A stretch of DNA of 53,067 nucleotides, from positions 811,344-864,410 of the forward strand of contig NC_057736.1 of NCBI RefSeq assembly GCF_004010195.1, written 5' to 3'. Source of the stretch: Chiloscyllium plagiosum. Taxonomy: Eukaryota. This document shows positions 25,973 to 36,719 of the stretch, in pieces. The position numbers were made by a program, and so were the translations under genes. The notes beneath the pieces were generated by a model. That model did no database searches, had not been told where the DNA came from, and was given only the letters and a program-made list of their open reading frames with translations. Each line of letters starts with the position of its first letter. Positions within the stretch are counted from its first letter, which is position 1.

Positions 25973-26282
25973 GGCTCTTGTGGGCACATTGGTAGTGTCT
26001 CTGACTCTGATCCAACCTGCTCCGGAGGTGTGGGAAAACATCTCTGAACAGATTGTTTAGAAAATTAGGTATACACATTGTCTGAAGGTGTTTGTGGTGC
26101 CCACCTCCAGATTGGAGAGTCTGGGTTCAAGTCCCAACAACTCCAGCAGTATCACAGTGTGTCTGAGCAGGCTGATTAAAACTACCTGTACCCATTCTGA
26201 GGAGGCTTTTGTGGTATTGCCCCTATCTCGGAGCCAGGAGCTGTGTAATAACACTTCTGAACAGTTTGATGAAAACACCTAT
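25973..26282 (+). repeat. Three diverged tandem copies of a short (about 100 bp) tRNA-SINE-like unit
   Basis: Each copy has (g)tggtagtgtc/tggtgccc/tggtattgccc near its start and ends tctgaacagattg, tctgagcaggctg or tctgaacagtttg. The middle copy keeps the B box gggttcaagtccc. Confidence 0.5.
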
Positions 26283-27289
26283 TCTCATTTTGAAAATGTT
26301 CCCAATTGATGATACGGGAGGTGGTCCTCCGACATTAATAACAAAAAGACTCACGTAAAGCATTTGACCAAAGTTTTTGAATCATTGATTGCTCAGCGGA
26401 AGATGTAAATAACTCAGTCCCCAAAGTGCATCTACAACGGAGGAGTCTGGAGTAAAGAACCGGTGGGGGTGGAGGGGTGGGTCTGCAGTTCCTACTGAGG
26501 GGCTGCTCTGCCCTGAGCTGTTCACGCGGAAGTTCGGCTTGAAGTGATGCTGCCTTACTCTGGGAGAGGAAATGCTGGAGAATCCTTCCTTAATGGGAGC
26601 AGTGGGAGCTGGGGAATTCAATGTCAGAGCTAACCCCGCGGAGGGGCTGCAAGTTTACACACGGTTCAGACAGAGTCTCAATCCCCTTTTCAAATCCAGT
26701 CTGGGAGCCCTTCCCTTGCCTCCAGCTACATCTGACTCTGCAAACGGTGACTTTCTGGTTCAATAGGAGCGGACGAGGCAGCTGCTACTGGAGGGTCCAT
26801 TCTGCAGTGACCACCCGGGCCACAGGACACAGGGCAAACACTCAGGGCCGGCCCAGCAATGTCAGGAAATGAATGGGAGAGTCCGCTCAGTGAAACAAAA
26901 GCCCGGGCTGCTCAGTGACAGTAACACTGGGGTTGAAGTTCTGACGGGAGATTGGAGGCTCAGGCTGAGTGTGGGGACTGAGCTCCTTACTCCTCAGCCA
27001 GAGCACAGCGAGCAGCCTGGGGGAACCTGCCTGGGCTCAGAGCAGACAGGGACCGGTGTGCTGCCAAAAACAACAACAGGGAGAGGCAGCTTTTCACATG
27101 GTAGGCAGGCAGCTGTCTGTCTGTGAGATCATTGGAGTTCTGTCTGATCTCCAAACCGACAGGTAAGCTCCAGCAGGGAGCACACTGTGTTGCGTGTTCT
27201 TAAAAGTTTTTGTTGTTATCAAAAAAAAGTTGAGAGGTGATTAGATTCTTTGTCGGTAAATCACATGGCCATTTTGGTTATCAAATGCT

Positions 27290-27311
27290 CCCCCCCCCCC
27301 CCCCCCCCCCC
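27290..27311. repeat. Poly(C)22 / poly(G)22 homopolymer
   Basis: 22 consecutive C, about 40 nt inside the FAM167B intron from the donor site. Confidence 0.95.
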
Positions 27312-27352
27312 GTAGGATCTGTCATCCTGGTTAATGACTCTCCAATACTCAC

Positions 27353-27649
27353 CAGCTCCTTCCTGAGCCATTCCAACGCCTCTCCGATATTGGCGAAGCC
27401 ACAGATGCTGGTGAGGGAGATGTCATTGTTGCTGCTCACTCCCTGGCTCAGGGTGATGTTACTGTCACTGCCTGGTCCTGACTGGACCTGCCAGCTCTCG
27501 CCACTTTTCCAAGGCTCGCTCTCCAGTTTCTGCTGCCATTCCGCGAACGAGGGTCTGCGCGTCTGCAAATTTAACTTTGCAGTTAGCGCCTTCACCCGGC
27601 TCAGGTGGTCATCTGGCTCCGGGTCAGCTACTGCTGCTAGCGGTTCCAT
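27353..27649 (-). CDS. FAM167B: FAM167 family protein, first coding exon
   Basis: ATG in strong Kozak context (gagATGG). Reads MEPLAAVADPEPDDHLSRVKALTAKLNLQTRRPSFAEWQ...ICGFANIGEALEWLRKEL, then donor gtgagt at 27352-27347. 99 codons, phase 0. The B assignment rests on VKALTAKL, LQTRRPS, ICGF, ALEWL, REMQ and the divergent MTMR9-like neighbour. Confidence 0.9.
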
Positions 27650-28187
27650 CTCTGTGCCCGGGGAACAGGCACACTGTCCACCGAGAGGCTGGAGGTAACA
27701 CTGAATCAGGAAGCTCAGCTCAGACTCACTCTGCAACTGCCTGATAGTCTTTCACAGAACCGCCCTGTCAGCTTAAAGGGACCATACAGAGCCCTTCCCA
27801 CTTTCTATCCTTTAAATCCAAACCTTTGGACAATACACAATAGTCTATCTCTGTTGCCTTTCTACGGGGGAAAAAAGACAATGGGAAGCAGAGTTTTGGA
27901 TGTTTGCAAATATAGAGAGTAGAAAGTGGGAGTGCATTAGAACAGCAGAGTCTAGAACGGTCAAAGGCATGAAGGAGGACTTCAGGAGCAGATGAACTGA
28001 GACGGGACAAAATTAGTCAATACAGTGTATTGCAGAGATGGAAATAAGGACTATAATTAGGGTAACATATGAGAAACTAAGCAGGTTCAGATTTTGTGGA
28101 TTTGAAAGAAGTCTGGCAACTTACAGTTTTGAATGGAATAGAATATTACATGTGGTCATTGGGTAAAAATATATTCTTTCTCTCACG

Positions 28188-29468
28188 TACACACACATAC
28201 AGCTCCACACATACAGCTACACACACATACAGCTGCACACACACACATATACATACAGTTACACACATACAGCTACACACATACAGCTGCACACACACAT
28301 ACACAACTACACACATACATACAGCTACACACACCCATACATACATACAGCTGCACACACATATACATACAGCTACACATACCTATACAGCTGCACACAC
28401 ATACATATACATACAGCTACACACATATACATACAGCTACACATACCTATACAGCTGCACACACATACATATACATACAGCTACACACATATACATACAG
28501 CTACACATACCTATACAGCTGCACACACATACATATACATACAGCTACACACATATACATACAGCTACACATACCTATACAGCTGCACACACATACATAT
28601 ACATACAGCTACACACATATACATACAGCTACACATACCTATACAGCTGCACACACATACATATACATACAGCTACACACATATACATACAGCTACACAT
28701 ACCTATACAGCTGCACACACATACATATACATACAGCTACACACATATACATACAGCTACACATACCTATACAGCTGCACACACATACATATACATACAG
28801 CTACACACATATACATACAGCTACACATACCTATACAGCTGCACACACATACATATACATACAGCTACACACATATACATACAGCTACACATACCCATAC
28901 AGCTACACACACATACAGATACACACACACATACAGCTACATACACACATACTGCCGCACATACACACACATATGCATACAGCTACACACACATACAGCT
29001 ACACACATATACATGCAGCTGCACACACACCCATACAGCTGCACACACACATATAGCTGTGCGCACACACATATAGCTGCACACACAGCTACATACATAC
29101 AGCTGCACACACACATTTGCACATACAGTTACACACACCCATATAGCTGTACACACGCATACAGCTACACACAGCCACACAGCTGCACACAGCTACAAAC
29201 ACACATATACAGCTACAAACACACATACAGCTGCACACATATACAGACATACAGCTACACAAACCCATACAGCTGCACACACACATACATACAGCTACAC
29301 ACACAAACATACATATAGCTGCAAACACATACACATATACATACAGCTACACACACATATCTACACACACAGTTACACACACACAGAGCTACACACACAG
29401 ACAGCTACACACACACATACACACACATGCAGCTGTGCGCACGCACACACAGACTTACAGCTGCACAT
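28188..29468. repeat. (AC)-rich compound minisatellite with a 64-bp higher-order repeat core
   Basis: acatacctat recurs at 28377, 28441, 28505, 28569, 28633, 28697, 28761 and 28825 (period 64). The flanks are degenerate acagct(a/g)cacac units. Confidence 0.97.
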
Positions 29469-29494
29469 AGGACTGGAATAAGGAGAGCAGTGTG

Positions 29495-29722
29495 AAAAAT
29501 ACTGTAGGCCCTGGAGATTGGAAATAAGAACAGAAAGTGCTGAAAAAACTCCGCAGATTTGGCAGTACTGGTGAAGAGAGAAAGAAAATTAATGTATTGA
29601 GTCCATATGACCCTTTTTTCAGAATGGATTCAGTCTTGAAGAAGAGTCATATCGAACTTGAAACAGTTTCTCTCCACAGAAGCTGCCAGACCTGCTGAGT
29701 TTCTTCAACATTTTCTGTTTTC
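29495..29722. mobile_element. Palindromic short element (further Penelope-like-derived family), degenerate
   Basis: The arms aaaaactccgcagatttggcag and ctgccagacctgctgagtttctt are roughly inverted. The centre ttgaagaagagtc...acttgaaac is a decayed hammerhead-like core. Confidence 0.5.
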
Positions 29723-30345
29723 ATTAATGTTGAATGTATCCCTGCTTTTGTAAAACTCTCCAAAATCATACAGCCAGTTCCAGAGGAAGAAAGTGACCAC
29801 TCCACACCAATGGACACTGACCACACACACTTACTAAACCATGACACTGACCATAGACAATGACCATGGAAACTGAACACAGAGGCTGCAGCCATATTAT
29901 CCTCTGCCTCAGTGTCATTGGATATTTGGAGGTGCACTCTGCAAAATTATTGTGATGTGCAAAGGCACCCAGAGAAAACAAAGGTCTATGGAAACGCAAG
30001 AAGGAACACAGAATCCAGACGTCATCCAGTTAATGTTAAGTAATAAATTATGTCTGACATATGTATTACACTCCTCTCCTTCAGGTGCTAATTTTACACA
30101 TGCACCAATCTTGGCCCCAAAACTCCCCACCTTGTTAGAACAACACCTTGTTCTCAAATCTTGTATCCATTCTGCTGCTTAAGATGCCAATGTATTTGTT
30201 CCCTTGTCTTTCCTCTTGCTCTATTACCCGTAATTTACAAACTTTTCACAATCCAGTGTTTAAGGTTGTTCATGATTGTTTGATTATGTTATTAAAAATA
30301 CGCTGGTGATAGGCAATGTTTGATTAAGTACAGGCCAAGAGCCAG

Positions 30346-30416
30346 AGAACACTAGTGTAGCAGTATCATTCATCTCTCCCATCCTTATGACTAGGGTTCA
30401 ATTCCTGGGTGATGCA
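30346..30416 (+). pseudogene. Decayed tRNA-Gly(CCC)
   Basis: ctagtgtagcagtatcattcatctctCCCatccttatgactagggttcaattcctgggtgatgca aligns ungapped (about 48/71 by eye, against a sequence recalled from memory) with the vertebrate GCGCCGCTGGTGTAGTGGTATCATG-type tRNA-Gly(CCC). The stems are broken. Confidence 0.55.
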
Positions 30417-31554
30417 GAACAATTTTACAGTGAAATTTTTTTTAAAAAGCATTTCATAATTATTTCCAAGTATTGCAATTAATTCCAGCACAGTACCCCT
30501 CTCTTCCTCTGCTTTTCCATCCCCACCCTTGCCAATACAGGGCAATATGACATAACGCTGGTTTCCCTACTGCCCAGCCAGATGGTCAATATTCAAGTCA
30601 GGTTGTGATGGTTACAGAGATGTCACAACATGCCTAAGCAGGTTGCTTAAACATTTTCATTTCATTCTTTCTATAGGATATCAGTTGGAAATCTGAGAGA
30701 GGTCTGTGTTACTGCAGACTGTGAATAAACACAATAACACAGACTTGGGTCAGTGAGTTGCCTTGTACTTTATCAAATGGCTTGATCCATGTTACACAAT
30801 GTCTCCCTCCTAAGCACTTGTCCGAAACATTGCTGTTGGATCTTCACAATTATCAACAAAAGATTTCTCTGTGTGCCTACTTTTCTCAAAATTTTCCCAT
30901 TAATTGTGTGCTGTCCAGTTAATATCTCTGTTGCCTTGAATTTATCTTCTATTTTCTTGCTTATCTTCTAATTATCCATATCGGAACAGTGACCAGACAT
31001 TTCATTTTAGTAATTTATTTCTGCTTTCTAGACAGATACTTTCATTTCTAAAGAAATCTGATATTTTTGTGAATATTACAGTATACTTTAATTACATTTA
31101 TGGCAAGTGTTTTCTCCTGGTAATGTTTTCCGTTCTCTGTAAATAGTGGAAGCAGGATGTGCTATTCCCTTGTTACATGCAATTAAATAAACCACACACA
31201 ACTTCTGTTCAAATCACAAGATCTGGTTCATACAGCAAGTGGTTGCTCACAATCTGAAAGGTCATCCAGATTGCCAAAAAGAAAAAAACATCTCGACAAA
31301 ACAGAATAAAACCAACCCTCTGAATTGTGTTTGCTCTCATTATGAAGTACTTTAACGTACTTTCAAGCCAGGTGATCAACCCTAGTTCAATGGAGAGTGC
31401 AGGAGGACATGTCGTGGACATTCCTGATGAAGAGATTATGTGCAAAACATTGACTCTTCTTGTCCTCGGATGCTGCCTGACCTGCTGAACTTTTCCAGCA
31501 CCACACATTTTGACACTGACATCAGGAGCAGCATCAGGCATTCCTAAAAATGAG

Positions 31555-32080
31555 GTGTCAACCTGGTAAAGCTACCAAACAGGAGAACTTGCATGCCAAA
31601 CAGCATAAACAGTGAGTCTTAGATGGAGCTAAGTGATCCCGCAACCAACAGATCAGATCTAAGTTCTGCAGTCCTGCCATGTCCAGTTGTGAATGGTGTG
31701 GACAATTAAACAACTCACTGGAGGAGGAGGCTCCACAAATATCCCCAACCTCAATGATGGAAGAGCCCATCACATCAGTGTAAAAGATAAGGCTGAAGCA
31801 TTCACAACAATTTTCAGCCAGAAATGCTGATTGAATGATCTATCTCAGCCCCCTCCTGAGGTTCCCACATTACAGATTCAAAATGCTCTACATGATATTA
31901 AGAAATGCTAGAGGCACTGGATACTGCAAATGCTACAGACAGCAATAACATTGCAATACCTACAGTACATAGACCGCAATGATTTGATAAAGCAGCTCAC
32001 TACCACTTTTTCCTGGGCAATTAGAGAATGACACTAACTGCTGGCCTAGCCAATGATGCCCATATCCTGTAAAAGAATAG
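31555..32080 (+). mobile_element. CR1/L2-clade LINE internal fragment plus 3' tail
   Basis: WW(T)IKQLTGGG..NIP.LNDG..KDKAEAF-like sequence, followed after a deletion by the gggcaattag...ctggcctagccaatgatgcccatatcc tail. Confidence 0.7.
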
Positions 32081-33099
32081 AATTGAAATTCAGACTTTTG
32101 TTTCATTAGTTGTGGTTTGTATAGACATCTGATTTAATATGGAGGTTAGAAAGGTTTATTTTACAAGTCTTGAGTCAGGCATGTTGATAATGAAGCTTGT
32201 CCAGTGCAACTAATTGACAGTGACCAGTGCCTCAATACTGAAAATGTTGTCCTGAGAGAGGACACTGACACCGGGGCATCTGTCCTGCCAGTGGATTTGT
32301 GGAGACATTATTGGTGATAATTCCCATCAGATTTGAAGCATCACCTGTATAATGATGTCTCCAAAACATCCAAGAGGGTAGTTATGTGTGGACTGTAACT
32401 CAAAGAGAGAGGTTGGGTGGTCTTGGTTCTGGACCAGAGTTGAGTCAGTTTGAAGAGTTTATCATTTGTCCTGTAGAAAAGTTCCATTCCAGTGGGAGAG
32501 GCATTCCTCTCTGGGTTATGTTGGGTTTAAGGGAAGTCCAAGTTCTTTGGACGTTCTGCAGTTCCACTTTGTTGAGCATCATCGGATTTATTGTAAGTCA
32601 CTGAATGAGCAGGCCTGTGAGTTGCAGAGTCCTTGAGTGCACAGAAATTGAATTTTCAGTGGCAGTGTTTCTGTTCCAACTACTGCTGCTGTTGAACCAG
32701 GCAAATGGAAATCGTGGACCAGGTTTGGTCCCCTCATGTACAGCCTCATTGCATTTGGAATCATAGACATCAATCTGGCCAGAAAATGTTATTTGAGGAA
32801 TACATTATGCCACCTCAAATTCTAATGTTTACTGAAATATTACTGAAATACATTGAACCACAACCTATTAGTTATTTCAAAATATTTGGTAATATACTTC
32901 CAAAAATGGCATGGTTATGTTACAGAGTTAGTTACTCAGAGGTGGATGAATGAGACATGAGTTCAAATTCCCCCCAAAACAGGTTCTGTTAATTCAGTTA
33001 ATGAGTTAAATCTGCAATAAAAAAACAAGTCTCAATGATCTTCTGGATTGTCACAAAATTCCATTGACTTCACTAGCTTCCCTTGAAAGCCCTGGTTGA

Positions 33100-35070
33100 A
33101 CCTGGCTCTTGTAGATTCTTGGGCAGTGGGTTCCAGATTTGCTGTCAATTAAAGATTTCCCTCATTATTTTGCTGTTTGCTTTAAATTAGTATTTGCTAT
33201 TTCTTGGTCCTTGTGCCAATGGGAACAGATTTTCTATATTTACTCTGTTCAGTCTCATCATTATTTTGAATATTTCCATCAAATCTTCTCTCAACCTCCT
33301 CTCTTCCAAGAAGAACAACAGGAACCTCTCCAAGTCATCGATGTAACTAAAGTCCTTCATTATCTAAACCACTCGCAAAAATCTTTCTTCAACCTCTTTA
33401 ATAATTTTGCATCCTTCCTGGAATAGAGTCCCCAAAGCTTGATTCCATATTCCTGGTGAGGCTGATTTACTTTTCTACAGAGGTTCATTGTGATGTCCTT
33501 ACTTTTGTAACTATTTCTCTATTTAGAAAACCCTGGATTCCGTAAGCCTTTTTAACTATTCTGATATCTTCTATGATTTGTGCACATATATTTGCAATTG
33601 CCCCTGTTCCTGTGTCTCTTTTCAAATTGTGCCCTTTATTCTATTCTGCCTCCCTTTGTCCTTCCTACCGAAATGAATCATTTCACATTTCTCCACGTTA
33701 AATTTCATCCATCAATTGCTCATCAGTTCAATGAGCCTGTACACACCTCCCTGGAGTGTACACAGACTGTAGAGGTTCAGGTCACTGCCACCTGCTAAAA
33801 TGCAGTTAGAAATGGGCAACAAATGTTGGTCTAGCCAGTGATGCATACATCTCAAAAGCAAATTTAAAATATCTACCTCCATCCTCTTTTCAGTTCACAA
33901 CACTTCCAAGTTTTGTGTTATCTACAAATTTTGAAACAGTGGCTCTGTACACCCGAGTCGAGGCCATTAGAACATGTCAGGAACGGCGATGGTCCCAAAA
34001 CCAGTAGCTGGAGAACACCCATGATATACCCAACTCCACTCCTATCTGTTTCCTGTCACTCAGCCAACTTTGCACCCATACTGTTATTGACCTGATTATT
34101 CTCTGGGTTTCGATTTTGCTGCCAGACAACAAGTTTACCAAGTTGATTCCTGGGATGGCAACCCCTTATTCGGAGGTGATGCTCTCTGGTTTAGAACTCT
34201 CCCACAGGGAAGCAATCTCTCAGGATCTACCCTGTCAGGTTCCCTACGAATCTTGTATTATTTAATAAGGTCACCTCTCATTCTTCCAAATTGCAATGAG
34301 CACAGGCCCAATCTTTTCAAGCCCTCCACGTAAGACAGTCTCTTCATACCTAGTATCATGCTAGTGAACGTTCTCCAATTAATATATATTTCCATAGATA
34401 AGGGGCCGAGAACTATTCACAGTGTTCCAGCTATGTAGTGTCTTGTATAGTTTTAGAAATACCTCCTTATCTTTATATGCAATTGCCTTTAAATAAAGGC
34501 CAACATTCCATTTGCCTTCTCTGTTACCTGCTGAACTTGTATGCTAGTCTTTTTGTGTTACGTGGATGAGAACCCACAGTCCCTTAGTGCTGTAGCTTTC
34601 TGCAGTCATTATCTATTTAAATAATATTCAGCTCCTCTGTTCATTCTATCAAACTTCATAGACTTGTCTTCCCACCTATTTTTGTGTTGTCTGCAAACTT
34701 AACTATAGTATATTTACCTTTCTCATCCAGGTCACTAATATATACTGTAACTAACTGTGGCCCCAGCACTGATCTCAGTGGCATTCCACTAGTTAGACAT
34801 TGCCATTCTGAAAATGCCCCCTTGTCCCTACTCTCTGTCTTCTATTAAATTAGCCAATCCTCTATCCAAGTCAATGTACACCATGGTCTCTTACCTTGTT
34901 AAGGAATTTACTGAGTGATACTTCGTCAAAAGCATTTTGAAAATCTAAATATGTTACATCCATTACTTCCCTTTTATCTATTCGCTTATTACTTTCTCAA
35001 AGAATTATAGTAAATTTGTCAGACATGATTTCCCCATTACGAAGCCATGCTGACTCTGCTTGATCATGCC
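33100..35070 (-). mobile_element. Cluster of degenerate CR1 LINE fragments
   Basis: Minus-strand GDL.K, FADN, QHGF (aagccatgctgact) and DFQNAFD segments. Confidence 0.7.
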
Positions 35071-35074
35071 ATCA

Positions 35075-35630
35075 TTGCTCAGACCATTGAGTATAGGAGT
35101 TGAGACGTCATGTTGAGGTTGTACAGGATGTTAGTGAGGCCACTTTTGGAGTACTGTGTACAGTTCTGGTTGCCCAGCTGTTGGAGGGATATTATTAAAT
35201 TGGAGAGGGCTCAGAAAAGATTTACCAGGATGATGCTGGGACTGGAGGGATGAGTTACAGGATAGCTGAGACTTTTTATTTCACTGGAGCGGAGGAGGGC
35301 TGACCTTATAGAGGTTTATAGAATCATGGATAAGGTCAATAGCGAAGGCCTTTTCCTTAGGGTGGGGAGTTCAAAACGTGGGGGCATATTTTTAAGATGA
35401 GAAACGAAAGATTTAGAAGGGACCTGAGGGGCAACTTTTTCACACAGTGGGTGGGTTGAACATGGAAAGGACTACTAGAAGTGGCGGACGCAGGTACAGT
35501 TCCATTTAAAAGACATTTGCAAGGATACATGAATAGGAAAGGTTCAGAGAGAGACTGGCCAAATGCAGTGAAATGGGACTAGTTTAGTTTAGGAAACATG
35601 ATTTGTCTGGACGAATTGGACTGAAGCATC
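35075..35630 (+). mobile_element. CR1 LINE 3' end
   Basis: LVRPLLEYCVQFW, LERAQKRFTRM and GNFFTQ segments plus 3' UTR. Confidence 0.85.
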
Positions 35631-35785
35631 TGTGGGCGAAAACAGAGTAAATGCTTCGGGTTCAGTGACACTTCTTCAGGAACATCATGAGTTTTGAATC
35701 TCTCTGTAGGCAGTGTCTCTCGCAATTTCTGGTTTGTTTCAGATTTCCAGATTCCGCAGCTTATTTGTATTTCACAGGAGAATCT

Positions 35786-35985
35786 TAAAAATCACCCAAC
35801 ACCAGGTTATAGTCCAACAGCTTTAATTGGAAGCACTAGTTTCGGAGCACTGATTGTGATCTGATCACCTGATGAAGGAGCAACGCTCCGAAAGCTAGTG
35901 CTTCCAATTAAACCTGTTGGACTATAACCTGGTGTTGTGTGATTTTTAACTTTGTACACCCCAGTCCAACACCGGCACCTCCAAA
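35786..35985. mobile_element. Palindromic Penelope-like-derived short element, young copy
   Basis: Perfect 12-bp TSD acaggagaatct (35774-35785 and 35986-35997) and inverted arms of about 60 bp. Confidence 0.85.
35866..35900 (+). ncRNA. Minimal type-I hammerhead ribozyme motif, intact
   Basis: cac-CTGATGA-A-GGAGC-aac-GCTCC-GAAA-GCTA-gtg. Stem I is cac/gtg, stem II is 5 bp, stem III is the AGCT palindrome, and the predicted cut is after A35897. Confidence 0.75.
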
Positions 35986-36719
35986 ACAGGAGAATCTGTT
36001 ATTGTGGAGTCGGATGGAATTGGAGCGCCTCCTTCTGCTGAGGTATTGTTACTGCTGCATTCAGGTGGCGGCCGCCTCCTTCCCATACGCGAGGATGCTG
36101 AGGGATCCTGGAGGGGAATGATGCTTTCACCCAGAAGAAACTCTGTGGGTGACCCTTGAATGCTTCCGTGTTCACAAATCTGTAAATGTTGGGGGTAATG
36201 TCTCAGCAGCAATGTGACTGGGTTGTACAGTAATCTGAAAGTGCAGAGCCGGCCTGCCCTGAGCAGCGAGTGAGAGGATCAATCCTAGGGCACTGACCAC
36301 AGGGAGGGGATCGTGGCTGATGGGTTAGAAGGAGCAAGCTGTATCTCCTGGAAACAGAGCGCTGGAACCCGACAGGCAGCTGCTGGCGTGTGGGAGGGAG
36401 CCTTGTCTTTTTTTAAAGAAGAGTCACCTCAGTTTGGGGCATTTTCACATTCACTGGAAGTTTGCGCTTTACTCAAACAGATAAAGAAATGTCCGCCCTG
36501 CTTCCTCTCTCCACAGATACTGCCAGACCTGCTGAGTTTCTCCAGCACTGTCTGTTTCAGAATCAGTTGAGTTGGCCAGCTGTAAACTACTCGTTTTGAA
36601 TTAAAAGCTAGGCTTTTATTATAAACAAGAGAGAGAAAGGGAATTGTTTTTCTTATTCACCCCACACTGGAACAGAATATTGTCAACATCAAAAATATTG
36701 TGAAATATTAGCCGTCCTC

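Noticed and set aside
27650-27736. N-terminal extension of the FAM167 ORF in the track (MQSESELS...)
   Set aside because: It starts at TTG, not ATG. The ATG at 27649 has strong Kozak context and fits the family N-terminus.
28350-28900. Regularly spaced repeats as a possible CRISPR-like array
   Set aside because: The units are contiguous and identical with no unique spacers, the context is eukaryotic, and there are no cas genes.
28096-29334. 326-aa His/Thr/Tyr-rich ORF and overlapping Cys/Val-rich ORFs
   Set aside because: They are translations of the (AC)-rich minisatellite, which lacks stop codons by composition. There are no splice signals or recognisable domains.
29790-29882. Short degenerate gacactgacca repeats
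   Set aside because: Only a few imperfect copies with irregular spacing. Treated as low-complexity sequence.
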